In this document: piece by piece, positions 24,591 through 37,528 of the stretch
Layout: every line of letters begins with the position of its first letter
Position numbering within the stretch: position 1 is the stretch's first letter
DNA from: Dimorphilus gyrociliatus
Taxonomy: Eukaryota > Animalia > Annelida
Assembly: GCA_904063045.1 (NCBI GenBank)
Contig: CAJFCJ010000015.1
Span: 558,001 to 622,000, forward strand
Length of the DNA stretch: 64,000 nucleotides
Reading direction: 5' to 3'
Notes under the pieces: generated by a model
Databases searched by the model: none
What the model saw: only the letters and a program-made list of their open reading frames with translations
Told to the model about the DNA's origin: nothing
Made by a program: the position numbers and the translations under genes

Positions 24591-26195
24591 GAAGGATTGT
24601 ATAAAATACTTATGAATATTACTCTCTTTATTTTTGTCAAACATCATTTAGGTGAAAAGTTTAAGATTAAAGAATTTCTGAAAATTACCTAATCTAATTA
24701 AGTCCTATGATGACGTTCCACTATGAGATCTCTCGATGCACTCACCTCTTTTCTCTCACTCTCTTTCACCCATTCTTTATTACTCTACTTGCTTCCCCCC
24801 TCCCACCTTCTTTTTCTTATTCTCTATTTTTAATATAGTAACACATTTTTTCCTCTTCCGCCTTTCCTCTCAAGAAGGGTGAGAAGGGAACATAAAAATA
24901 AATATATGGTATCGGTTCTAGGCCTAGACATAACAGTTTTCAAATTATATGGCCCCTTAAGGCGCATAGATGAAATAGGCGATTTATACTTTATAGAAGC
25001 TACGTAGCTGAAAGTATACTCAAACAAAATTGCAGTTTCTATTATATAGTTGGTATAAAATAACAGTAAGACCATTCTACCAGCGAATAGAAACCAGTAA
25101 ACTTCGGAAAAGTAAGATCGATTGTAAAAAACGACGTCTTTTTCCGAAGTAGCCACGTAACAGTCATAAATATATATAAACTGTGTCTAATACGTATTCG
25201 AGCCACTTATAAGAGACTTAACTATAAGAAGAGTTTATAAAGAAAGAATATTCGCGTGAAAAAAGAAAAGAAAAAGATTGTGAAAGTTAAAAGAAGATTT
25301 TTTTTATATATTAATATATATATACCGTATATATACTGTATCTATATAAGAATATAGGTCATATACTTAAATACTCAAAATCTTAGTATACTATTTTTTT
25401 TATAGTATATCATCAATAGGAGTTTTATTAAGATATCTAAAATATTGAATTCTTTACAAGTAGTATTATTTTATACAGTTATAGATACAAAGTAGCATTC
25501 TAATGTGTAAATATACTTGTAATATACGTGTATACATGATACGATGTTTGGTGGACTTGCATACTTTTACACGCTTATAAATACGAATGTAATACATTTA
25601 TGGATTATGTTATTTTTTTTTTATTAATACTCTCTATGCCTTTCATCTATCACTCATTTTATCATTCGATCGGGGTCGTTTCTTTTATGGCACGCATCGT
25701 TGCATAGTTTCGAAAATCAATTTGATATTTTACACGCATGTACTTGAATCAAGGCTTTCTGATTTCATAAAAATGAAATATAATCTTTTAATGCAATATT
25801 TTCGTCGCTAAGAAGGAAAAGGATAACAAAAACATAGGAAAGAGATGATGAGCGGCTAAAGCGCTTTTACTGTGGTTGAATGAGAAAAATAAAAAAAAAA
25901 GAGAGAAAGGAACCTTTCTGTTTTTTAAAACAGAAAAAACCCTTTTAAACTTTCCCTAGCTCTAGGTTTTTTTTTTGCTGCTCTTTACACCGGTAATAAT
26001 AATGACAATCATTATTTAGGAACCTATAAGAATAGGCTACTTAAATGTGAATTATAAACATTCTATAAGTCATTAAAAGCTATAATTAAAGTTTCAGTAC
26101 TGAAGTAGGAAAATAGAGAAAATGAGTCTTTATTAAACTTACATAATATGTTATAATGTTTATCATGTACACGGACTTATAAATTTGTTAAGCGA

Positions 26196-27254
26196 TTATG
26201 AACTAGTTTTATTTGTCTCTTCCAATTGTTCGCTAATAGGTCCAAGATAAACGGTAACGTTTTGATCGAGCGCTATTGTTGATTGTACTGCAACTGGCTG
26301 ACTTTGTGCAGGTGTCATCCTTCGACATTCTGCTGTGACGGACGTTTTCGCTCGTTTTTTCAAGATGGCTGGACAGAAATCAAGCATAGCCGTTCGGATT
26401 TCCGTTGACATTGCACCATAAACTAGGGGTGAAGAGCACGTAGCTACGCCATAGAAGACACTTACTATGACATATATTTCCGCCGAGAGAGTATTAGCCT
26501 TATCGAGATTCCTGACTATTGAATAGGGTATAAAGCCACCCAGAATGACAAGAAAAATGACTCCGAACATCTTGGTTATCTGCAATTCACGTTGTTGAAG
26601 AGCATTTGGTGATGACATGCGCTTTGAGACCTTCACTACCGAAATAAAAATTGCTATGTAACAGCAGACGACAACGATGCAGGGAATAAGAACTTGAACA
26701 ACTGTTACCGAAACAATTCTCCCGAAAGATGTAGGCTTAAGAATGCAGCGCAATAATTTAGCCACGTAGACAGACGATTTAAGATCAATTCCAGGTAAAG
26801 CGGCAGCGAATGGTATCAATCTAGCAGCGATTAAAACGAAGGCAACATAAGATTTCTTTGACATCCTTTTATAAACCGTATTGTGGACGACAACTATATA
26901 TCGGTGTATACCAATTAAAGCTGTATGCCATAGGCTACATCCAACAAAAGCAATGGTAAATTCCGGATTTAATTTACATAAAACATCCCCTGCAACCCAG
27001 GATCTCATCACGTAAGATTGGACAATCAGTACAACAACCAAACAAAGAGTTAATAAATCGTTTAAAGCCAATGAAGCGATAAACAAGTTGATAATGTTTC
27101 GATATTGCCTTTGAGAAACAACGGCCGCTATTAACCATACATTACCTAAAATACCTTCAATTAGAAATACGGTCATTACACTAGCTCCGATAGTCGTTCC
27201 GATTGCTGTCGGCCTCTCGTCATTTGCCTCAGTTGAGTTATTATAATACGACAT
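26196..27254 (-). CDS. Class A GPCR, Moody/Tre1/GPR84/melatonin-receptor-related, intronless
   Basis: Seven hydrophobic segments; GN (TM1), LALND (TM2), TM3/ECL2 cysteines, 'IGIHRY', 'ELQITKMFGVIF' (Moody-like EWRITKM), 'SPLVY'; N-glycosylation site NNST. Confidence 0.9.
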   Translation of the reverse strand: MSYYNNSTEANDERPTAIGTTIGASVMTVFLIEGILGNVWLIAAVVSQRQYRNIINLFIASLALNDLLTLCLVVVLIVQSYVMRSWVAGDVLCKLNPEFTIAFVGCSLWHTALIGIHRYIVVVHNTVYKRMSKKSYVAFVLIAARLIPFAAALPGIDLKSSVYVAKLLRCILKPTSFGRIVSVTVVQVLIPCIVVVCCYIAIFISVVKVSKRMSSPNALQQRELQITKMFGVIFLVILGGFIPYSIVRNLDKANTLSAEIYVIVSVFYGVATCSSPLVYGAMSTEIRTAMLDFCPAILKKRAKTSVTAECRRMTPAQSQPVAVQSTIALDQNVTVYLGPISEQLEETNKTSS

Positions 27255-28734
27255 CTTTCAATTCAATCTTCACCGCCTACTCCTCCTCCAAAGAATTTTC
27301 TTTTCGATCCAATATTTTCCTTCCACTCTAACAGGTTCCAATTAGAGTTTCCTTAAATTAATTTGTTTTCTTCCTTTTCCCAACAGGAAGAGTAAGAGAG
27401 AAATGCAAATGAAAATTTGAAGAGAAAGAAAAGAAAAAATATCTAAATAGAGATTTTTTCAAAGATTTATATCTTATAGAAGAGAAAGCAGCAGAATATA
27501 TAAAAAAAAATTCTGAAGAGCTAAAGCGTTTCTTCCTTCTTTTTTCCTTTTCCAAAAATTGAGAGAAAAAAAAGACGACAGCAAATTTTTTCTCTAGTTT
27601 ATTCTCTTGCTCCAATGTTCTATACGCTGCTTGCGAGAGCAGTTCGCATTCGACTGCAAAGTGCGTTTAGTTCATACCACACGCGCGCCATCGACCGACG
27701 AATGAGTACTGCAAATAATTCGTATTTTTAACAGTTTCTCTCGCTCAATTACTTAATTACCATCCCTTTAAAAACAGTATTTTTTAACGATTTATTTATG
27801 GTAATCATAGTTTATTCCAAAAGCAAAAATTATACTTTATGGCATTAATGGAGAAGATACAGAAAGAGAGAGAGAGAGAGAGAAATAGGTAAAGTTGATT
27901 TATCCAGTAAAAATATACAGTACACAAATAGTACTCCAAGAATATTTGTAAACAACCTTACATTCATTAGTCACAAGGGGAAACGGTTGGGTGGAGTAAA
28001 AGGAATGTTTATTAGAATTGATAAAACGCTTTGAAAAATGACAAAATTTCGAATTCATTTGAGTAGAGTAGAGATAGACTGTGATGGATAGAGAAAACAA
28101 GTATTGGCTTACGAATAAAAAAGGCCTATACAAATATATATATATATATGTTATAAGACTTTTTAAAACCAAACTGACAAGGAGAAGTCTTAAAAAATAC
28201 GTAGAAGCTTACGATAAAGTTTATAAATGTCATTAGTATCTTTGCATTTTCTGTTATTAATAAAAAATTATTTAATAAGTTTGAACTTTATTTTAATTTA
28301 TATTTAGTAATTTTCATCATCAATAATAAATTACCATCTAATCGCTAATTGAATACTCGAAGAAAGATGATGTTTATAGGGAAGTAGGAATTTGCGTTGA
28401 TGACTTACTAAGGGAATTATATACATACTATTATATAGATATGTATTTATTCTTATCCCATACGTGTCCAGGTGAAAAGTTATAAAGTTTTCAATTTTTA
28501 CAATAATTAGCAATCTTTCTTTCTAGGTCACAGATATTCATATTAATAAAGTTAATAATAGAATGTTAACAAGAAGAGGCTGGTATTAATAGAGAAAGAT
28601 GTAAAGAAGATTTGAGTATAGGAAACCATGAGAAAAAGGAAATTAAGGAACACTACAAAAAAAATCAATATATTCAATGAACGTAAGACATTTCGTTTTT
28701 ATGCCATATTATCCGTTATACATGAATTCTGTAC

Positions 28735-28774
<40 letters not shown>

Positions 28775-29116
28775 TAGATAGATTTGTCTCTCTCGCTCTT
28801 CCTCTCATTCTCACTCCCGATTACCAATCAACGATAAACATGCCATTTAATTTAATTTTCAACTCTTTTCAACTTTATAAATTTATATTCAATACTAAAT
28901 TTCCATGAAATGATTTATAAAAGAAATAATTATTTTAAAAAAAATGGTAATAACGATGATAATGAAAAAGAAACCGTATTTTTCTATTTTCTTTCATATT
29001 GATATTTATATACACAATTACTTGTTCAATATCAAATTACTCCTCTAATTACAGGATACACTTTAAAAAATATGCTAATGTAAAATTTTATGTGGAAAAT
29101 ATACCCTAACAATATA

Positions 29117-29119
<3 letters not shown>

Positions 29120-29185
<66 letters not shown>
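29120..29185. repeat. (TA)n microsatellite
   Basis: About 65 bp of pure AT dinucleotide repeat. Similar tracts near 22926, 28742, 31840, 39328, 57706 and 61870. Confidence 0.95.
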
Positions 29186-29187
<2 letters not shown>

Positions 29188-31564
29188 TATACTGCTGTAT
29201 AGTTTGCCTATCAACTGAGAAACAAAGTGATGTATGTTCATAAATAAAATCATTTAAATCTGTTTTTTATTTCCTTTTCCATAAACACGTTTATTCTATT
29301 AAAATTCTCATTAAAGTTACATCAATATCTTACTTCAATTCTTCTTTTTCTGTTTACAAAATAGTTTTATACTTGATATATGTAGTTTTGCTGTAGGTCT
29401 AAATAATTGCATTCATTTTAACGATTTCTTTGTTATTCTTTAGACTTTAGTTCGATGATTTAGTGCCTTTATACGTCATTTCGATAAAGTTTAAACATTT
29501 TTTTAAGATCTTATCCTTATCGGTGAAAAAATGTGATACAGATATAAAATTTTAGTTCTTTTAAAAAATCCAACAAATTACCACAATAGACTAGTATTAA
29601 GGGTAAATTTGAGTGATAGGGTAACTATGAAGAAGGTGAACTAAAAAACAGAATGAAAAAGAGAATATTTTCTATCGTTTCCTCGTTTCTGTTAACAACG
29701 TTTTAATAAATTGTCAACTTTTGTATATTTATGGAAATTTAGAGAGCAATGAATCTATTATTATGTTAATAGAATCTTACTTAATAGAACAATTTTTTTG
29801 TCAATTCTTTGCAGCGATTTCCTGGAGAGAATAAGTGGAAGAGAAGGCTAATCTATTCTAGTCACCAATGTCATTCGCTTTCTATTAATTAATTGACTGT
29901 TACCAGTTGCGTCTGATCCCTTTATTCGCTTAGTAGTATATACAATATGTATATATAACTTTGTAATAAAATTACTAAAATATATGCTTAATTTTAAAAG
30001 TACTGGTACATGACAAAACCTGTAAAAGTACCGGAAACAATGATACTTATTGGCATTATTTGGTCTCTTTTTTTGTTTTTTATCAATCTATTAATTTCTA
30101 ATTTACCTTTGTTAACATCATTCCAATATCCCCACTCCCCCTCCTCCCCCTCGACTTTCCACAGCTTACAGAGTAAGCTTTTTATAACAAACTATACCAA
30201 AGTCATATTTACGTCACAGGTTTACTGTTTACAGGGTATTACTATATGTCAAACGCCTTCAACCCATGCCTCAAAAGACAATTACAGGAACTTTACGTGT
30301 TATATCTCTATTATAGAAATATATCGACTAAAAAACAACTGCAGACTCAACCTTTTTCTATTATTATTATTATTATTATTATTACTTTCCCTTTTCTTGC
30401 TATTTTCCATTTCATCTTTCTTTGAAGTTATTCCTTTTCTTGCTTCTCACTATTCTCGCTATCCTTCCATCTATCATCTCACTTGTATTTTTACTCTACT
30501 TTAATAGTTGGTATTTAAAAAGATTTTCATTTGTCTTCCTATAGGCTGAAAGTCTGGTAGTACTTTCGCTAATAAACGATACCTAGATACTTCTCTGCGT
30601 AAAGATTTCATTAGGGAGTAATTATATTGTCAATTTAATAATATCAGTTCAATATGTTATTATATGATACTGACTTCTATCGTTCATGTATACTATAATA
30701 AATATATATTGTATGTATATTGTATACTATTGCGAAACCTACCCAACTGTATTTGCTTTATAAAGTGTATTACTATACAGACAACAGCCGTAAATAATAA
30801 AAAACAGTAACGGTAATGATTCTCTTTCTTGTCTTTGTTTATCTTTGGTTTTAAAAACTATGTACCAGAATGCTAAAGCAGTACACTAAGACCTGGGTAT
30901 GGCATATTTACACAAAAGAACATAGTACCTATACATTTATAAACTATCTACATTATACTTAAAAAGAAACAAGATAAAAAGCTTGTACATGTATTAGTAA
31001 TTTTTTTATATGTAGTATGTACTAAAAAAAAGCTCTATTGAAGATGCTTTCTCCCTTTTTTAGTAACATCTGACCTAATCACGCAAATATTTCTCGTATA
31101 TTTCTCAGTAAGAAATCAAGAAGAGGGGTGGAGTACGCGGTGGGGAGGATATTCAACCATTTTCATCGGCTCTAGAGGAGCGTTAAAGAAGATAAAAAAG
31201 GAGATTCAGGAGGTGGGGGCTTATTTATTTACGGAAATCGAAATCAAACCTTTGTTTAATTAGGGAGTGTAATATTATATGCTTCGACTAGAGTAATTAT
31301 AAGAAATGGTTCCGATGTTAGAACGAAACTCAATACGACACTTTATCACGTAGTTTCTTCTCTAAATTCGTTAGCAACACGCAATAATTAAACCTAATTT
31401 AACCTGAGAATGGATGCTTCGTTAATGAATTAATATTTATTATAAAATACTGCCTTTGTATAATCTGTTAACAATTTATAATACAAATATTGCCGTTAAT
31501 TTCTTTCCCTTTCTGTTTCATTTTCCTTTCCTATTAAAATAATAGACGACACGATAATAGGTAG

Positions 31565-32802
31565 AGTGGCGCGAGGTTTCGAGAGCAAGGGTCAACGTAC
31601 AAATTAAAGCCTAGAATCTGGTAATCATCCGATCAAACTATAACATAACCTACCACTGTATGGTGTTTATGAACGAATATATGTTTTTCTAACATAAAAA
31701 ACGTATATTTTTTTATCCAAGCGCCAAAATATTACAGTGGTTTCAAAGTATTTTCACTTTATCAATATATATATATATATTATACTAATATACTGAATTG
31801 AAAAGTATAAATCTATACATATACAGTATATATATACACTATATATATATATATATATATATATATGTAAAATACTTTATCTATACTACAAAAACATCCA
31901 GTTATATACTTACAAAATTAAAAATATGATATGGTCTACAGAGGATTTTCTATCATTGCCAATTTTCTTTCACTACATTTTCTTAACCAGCATTCAACCT
32001 CGATCTATAATAGGCGATCATAGAGGCATCAACCGTAGATTAACGCCTAAAAAGGCGTCTACTAAACGAAAATGGCTTACAAATTGGACAAAGAAATTCC
32101 TTAAAAGAAATGAACAAGATGACGATGAGCATGGTTCGGTTTTAAAGAAATATAAAGCTCGTGTAAGTATATTTGATATAAAATAGAAATTGTACTAATA
32201 TTCGTCTTATAGTCTTTATTTAAACCTTTTATCTAATTTTTTTTACTGATTCTTTTCCTTATCTCTTTCTATCTTACCTATCTATTTGTCTAGCTACATT
32301 TTTTTTTGCACTTTGCGTGTACATACCCTTCTTATTTATTCTACCTTCCTTCTCTCCTTCTCTCTCTCTCTTTCCTAATACTCTTTTTTTTTTCATGCAC
32401 CCTATCAATTCCTTTTTATTTTTTCTAAGCGAAAACAATCCGCTTTTAAATAATTGCAGTACGCTCTTTACAAAAGACTGCCTTTGAAAACGCTCTCCAG
32501 ATGGTGGGGAGCTTTTCACAGTTTGGAATTACCGGTATGGTTAAGAACTCCCGCCTTTAAACTATACATATGGATGTTCGGCTGCAAGTTAGACGAAGCA
32601 AAAGTACAAGATTTAAGGCGATACAGAAATTTATGTGAATTCTTTCGGAGAAGTTTAAAGCCAGGCATTCGACCAGTCGATGGAGCCTTTCACTTAGTAA
32701 GAAAATATATAACTTTTTTTATTTAAACTATATGTTTTCGTCTATTTAAACTGTTTCTTTCTCTCTGTCTATCTGTCTGTCTATCTGTCTCTCTCTCTCT
32801 CC

Positions 32803-32833
<31 letters not shown>

Positions 32834-33974
32834 GCTTCCGTAAGCATAACAACAACCGCCCTTTCCTGTTTTTTTTCCTTTTTTCCCTGATTATAATTTA
32901 CTATATTTACTAATATTTCTAGACTAGCCCTTGTGATGGAAAAATCCTTAGCGTTGGCCGGGTTAATGAAGACGGATTGTTGGAGCAAGTGAAGGGAGTG
33001 ACGTATTCCTTAAAGCAATTCATAGGCACCGAAATATGTGCAAAGAATAAACATTTTCTGTACCACTGTATTATCTATCTAGCCCCAGGAGATTACCACC
33101 GTTTTCATTCTCCAACCGATTGGACTGTGAAAGAACGACGCCATTTTCCTGGTATGATTAACGCCTATTTTCTCTTTCTCTCTATTCTATTCCCTTATAT
33201 CTAATTTCTTTGCTACAACGCACATACACATACATACTCATTCTCTAGCTTAGTCAATCATTCATTTATTCATTCTTTCGTCCACCCCGCTCTCTCTCTC
33301 TCTCTCTCTCTGCGTCCCTTTATTTCTTTCTCCCCTACGTTTTACCTTATTTTTTCTCATGCAACTATTTATTTCTATATACAGAACAGTATAGCACTCT
33401 TATACATATTGTAGAGAGCGTCTCTCTCTTAACTTTTTTCCCATTAAACTAACATAAAAAAGTTCTTGGTGTATAATTTTTAACAGCTATTAAATGATGT
33501 GCAAATAATTTTTAGGACAGTTATTCAGCGTTAATCCCGAAGTGGCAAAGTGGCTTCAGGGAATATTTAACTTCAATGAACGAGTGGTTTACGACGGTAG
33601 ATGGCGTTATGGCCGTTTCATTATGATTCCTGTTGGAGCAACAAATGTAGGGTCGATAAATGTCTATATAGATCCGGTAGGAGAAATGACTTTAATTAAT
33701 CTTATTCATTTAATCAGTTTCTTAGTCGGATAAAATATGAATTAAACAGATGCTACAAACAAATGTTAAATCGGTAACTGAACCATCGAGCAAGACATTC
33801 TATAACCGAAAAGGAAAAGGTATCGATGTTAAAAAAGGCGAATTGTTTGGTGATTTTAACCTTGGTTCAACAATTGTTTTGGTTTTCGAGGCACCAGAAA
33901 AATTTCGATTTAAGATATCGGCTGATCAAAAGGTCAAGTACGGTCAACCTCTGGGAAAACTATGCAAGATTTGA
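31565..33974 (+). CDS. PISD: Phosphatidylserine decarboxylase proenzyme; core exons from 32460, 5' end unresolved
   Basis: '[15 protein letters not shown]', 'SPCDGKIL', '[10 protein letters not shown]', '[13 protein letters not shown]', 'NERVV', 'VGATNVGSI' and the autocleavage motif 'FNLGSTIVL'. Confidence 0.93.
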
Positions 33975-34338
33975 CAAAAATTATGCAACAAAGTTTAAAA
34001 AAAAAAAAGTCCAACAGATGGCAGATTAATCGAAAAAAAGACAAAATAAAAGAAATTTAGTATCCTTGGCAAGCAAAATATTTAATTAAGATGATATGAC
34101 AATAGATAGTAGTTATGAATTAACTATATTCAGTATATCGTATATCTTTCATTGTTTGAATATGCTCATTAAGTCTTCTTCGCTAGCATATACGTCTCGT
34201 TAAATGGGTTAATTAGCTTTCTGATTGGATAAAGGTACTCTTTATCTTTTATGAATTTCACATAAAACTCAACGAATTATACTCATAAAGTAATAATGGC
34301 AGTATAAATATACAAATAAAAAATTAATAAATTAGTTT

Positions 34339-34341
<3 letters not shown>

Positions 34342-34373
<32 letters not shown>
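34342..34373. repeat. (GA)n microsatellite
   Basis: Pure GA repeat. Similar GA/CT tracts near 13965, 32780, 33290, 46207 and 48280. Confidence 0.9.
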
Positions 34374-34377
<4 letters not shown>

Positions 34378-34807
34378 CGTGTTTGTGCATCTGTATGTGT
34401 ATGTGTGCATGTACGTTTTAGTGAGTGTGTGAGAGATCATAAGATATAAAGAATTTCTGTCTATATTTCCTGTACCTACTTTAATCTCCTAAGAAGGGAA
34501 TTACATACACGTGTCAATTTAATAAGTTTCATTCTAAAGAAAGAAAAAAAAGTGCGTCTATCCGACAGCGTAATTACTGAATAAGCCGATAGATTTACTA
34601 ACAATGAAAGGAGTTGGAAAGATTTCTATAATCCTTCGTCCATTAACACCCTCCGTCTACTCGCTAGTTGATATAATCTATGATAATGTATATATATATT
34701 TTATGCGAATAGACGCCACAAAAAATATCCCTAAAAACAAATACGCATACATACATTCAGAACGGTTTGGAAGCTAGCTAGAAATACAAACAAAAAAAAT
34801 CAAAGAC

Positions 34808-35065
34808 ATGAAAATCGTCTTTCCGATATCGATTGCACTTTTGGCAATTATTTCCTTAAGTATGGCCAATGAATCATCAATGGAGGATAATGAAGAACTT
34901 TACGATAGTGGACTCGCCAAGAGAATTCCACCACTTCATCTACTTGGTAAAAAGGACAACAGTATCGACGGTTTAATATATGATAAAAGAGCTCCACCCC
35001 TCTATCTCTTGGTAAAGAAAATTCCACCTGTTCACCTTCTGAATGGTTATAGAAATAAAAAATAA
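34808..35065 (+). CDS. Putative neuropeptide precursor (85 aa)
   Basis: Signal peptide MKIVFPISIALLAIISLSMA, acidic spacers, and three related peptides bounded by basic pairs: KR-IPPLHLL-GKK, KR-APPLYLLV-KK, KK-IPPVHLLNGYR. Confidence 0.85.
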   Translation: MKIVFPISIALLAIISLSMANESSMEDNEELYDSGLAKRIPPLHLLGKKDNSIDGLIYDKRAPPLYLLVKKIPPVHLLNGYRNKK

Positions 35066-36457
35066 GGTAAAAATTTAGTTACCTGTAACAATACGTTGTT
35101 TTGTCACTGTATCATTTATTTTCATAGTACTAATAAATATTATTTGTCATATAGAACTTTTATCTATATAATAAAAATATAACTAAAAGTTCAAAAGACA
35201 GAGTAGGAAGAAGATATAACTCGAAAGATAGAGAGGGAGAGAGAAAGTAAAAGAATGGATGGGAATGGATGAAGGGGAAAAAAAAACAGTCAAAGTTAGC
35301 GTAGGGATAAGATAGAAGTAGTTAAAAAAAGGAAAGGAAAGAGAAAGGTTAAGGGAAGAGGAAGTCTTTTAATTAAAAGAATAAAATATTACCTACGTTT
35401 TAGTTTCTTATTCGAATATTTTCTTAATGAAAAAAGAAAGAGACTATAAAAATAAATAAAATAACTATTCTTCTACTCCTTCCGAATACTTCTATGAATA
35501 ATAAATAAAACGGAAAGTATACGGGATCTTTTAACCGTAATATACTAATAAGGGCAACTAGAACACAAGCCCCTTACAGACAGTTTTTTCTATTAACGTC
35601 TTATTAGATATTATAGTATTTCGTATTAGACGCTTTAAAAAGTCTAGAGTATATTGTAAATGATTGATAATTCTTCGTCATATTACCCTTAGCCTTTCAT
35701 TAAGTAGAATTAGATGGAGAAAATATTAACTTTCTTATTATTATTATTATCTGTGATAAATACTAATTTATGCAATTTTTTTGACTGAGCCTAAAGGGAG
35801 AAGCGCATGCTGTTTATTTATTCAATGATCACATGTTCATTGGAAGATAAAATAATACAGAAAAAAAGGGTCGAAATTAAATTACGAAGTAGATTACAGG
35901 ATTAATAATAGACTTTTGAACGAGTTATAAATTTAAAAAAGAGATTTATTACCTTTGTTTTTCATTTAAAAAAATGTATAAGATAAATACTTTATATTTC
36001 CCATTTTTAATAGGGCGAAAATAAGGAGATATGAATTAAGCGATTTCGGGAAAATATGTATTCGAAAATGAGGACACTATTACGAAAGATGACGCAATAT
36101 TCAATGTATTGCTAATCTTCACAACCTTTTTGTTTATCCTTCCCTCACTCCCACCTTTTATTCACTCTATTTAAAAGTTCAATAAAATTCAACCAAAATA
36201 AAAATTCAATATAACCACTGATTGCTTTCTAGAGCCATCTTTTGGCTATTACTTTAATATAATTTTCTATAATCTATTCAAGTATGTATCTAGAAAAAAA
36301 ATCTTATCCTCTAAAGATAAGATTGCCCTTAATTTGACATTTCATAATCTAAAAGACATTCGTAAAGACGGCAAGAATTTTTTGCGGAGGTGATTTTTCG
36401 GCTCATTTCAATATATTGCCTAATTAGATAATTAATTATAGACAATAGAAGATAAAA

Positions 36458-37106
36458 ATGGCAGAAAGCTCGGAACAAACTACCGTTATCATTGCGATTG
36501 ATAAGAGTAAAATTGCCGAAAAGATGTTCGACTGTAAGTTGTCTAGCATTCTACTATTTAATTGTTATACTATATTATCGCTTCTATGCTATTTAAACAT
36601 GGAATATCATATCAATTAAAGAATGTAAATAGTCCTATTTAATGTTAATGGATTTGTTTAGGGTATGTTGATCGACTTCATAAGGCCAAGTCAGACATTT
36701 ATCTTGTCTATTGTGTTGAAGGAGCTTCCTTGGCAACTTCCGGTGAATTATAAACAAAATTAAACAAATATGTTTCAAAGTAAATAGTGTTTAAACTTGT
36801 ACAACAGAGGGAATGCGTCTATCCGAAGGGGAATGGCAAAAAATGTATAGAAAAGAGATGGAAGAGAAAAAGTTTATCGAGGAAAAGTATGAAAAGATAG
36901 CAAAGGAGAAAAACATAGCAATAAAATTTGATATTCGCTATGGAAAACCAGGGGAAGCTATCGTATCGGCCGCCAAGGACTTAAGAGCATCTTTCGTAAT
37001 GATGGGAACTAGAGGAATGGGTACGATAAGACGTACTATCCTAGGTTCTGTTTCTGATTATGTTGTTCATCATTGTCACTGTCCAGTTATAGTACATAGA
37101 GTATAG
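36458..37106 (+). CDS. Universal stress protein (UspA family), 3 exons
   Basis: N-terminal 'TVIIAID' strand, 'GKPGEAIV', ATP-binding motif G-x2-G-x9-GS in 'MGTRGMGTIRRTILGSVSDYVVHHCHCPVIV'. Confidence 0.93.
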
Positions 37107-37528
37107 ATTAACGTTTGAATAAAGGAACGAAAGTATAGAATGGATTATAAAACAGTATATATTGCATATATATATATATATGTATTTAGTTAATCCCTTC
37201 AGAATTAACATACAATTTACATAACACATTCTTGAATTAAGATATAATTTTGTTTATAATATTCATCATAAAAATATAAGCCTTTAAGCTTTTGGAAGAA
37301 AATCTCCAAGCACCAAATACCGTTTTATGACGATGGAGTTAGGTTTCATTAACAATACTTATATACCCTTCTCCTCAAAAATCCTACAATAATTATACAT
37401 TAGGACAAATGAATACTAGGTGATCGGTGATCTTTAAACAGCAGAGATCATAAGGAAAACCGAAAAATGGACGTAAAAATATAAAGTTTGTGTTTTTATC
37501 TTCCTCTTTCCCCTCTTCTGATATCTTG

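Noticed and set aside
24332-24692. ORFs rich in SLSL/ERER
   Set aside because: Translations of GA/CT low-complexity DNA.
24830-25156. 108-aa minus-strand ORF
   Set aside because: GTG start, no recognisable domain and no convincing exon chain.
31733-31757. TA-CAGTGGTTTCAAAGTATTTTCAC, resembling a Tc1 TIR end
   Set aside because: No inward-facing partner TIR or transposase; the nearby CCACTGTA faces outward.
26196-35065. GPCR and neuropeptide precursor as a linked ligand-receptor pair
   Set aside because: They are 7.5 kb apart with PISD between them, and the receptor clade is not a known peptide-receptor group; proximity alone is not evidence.
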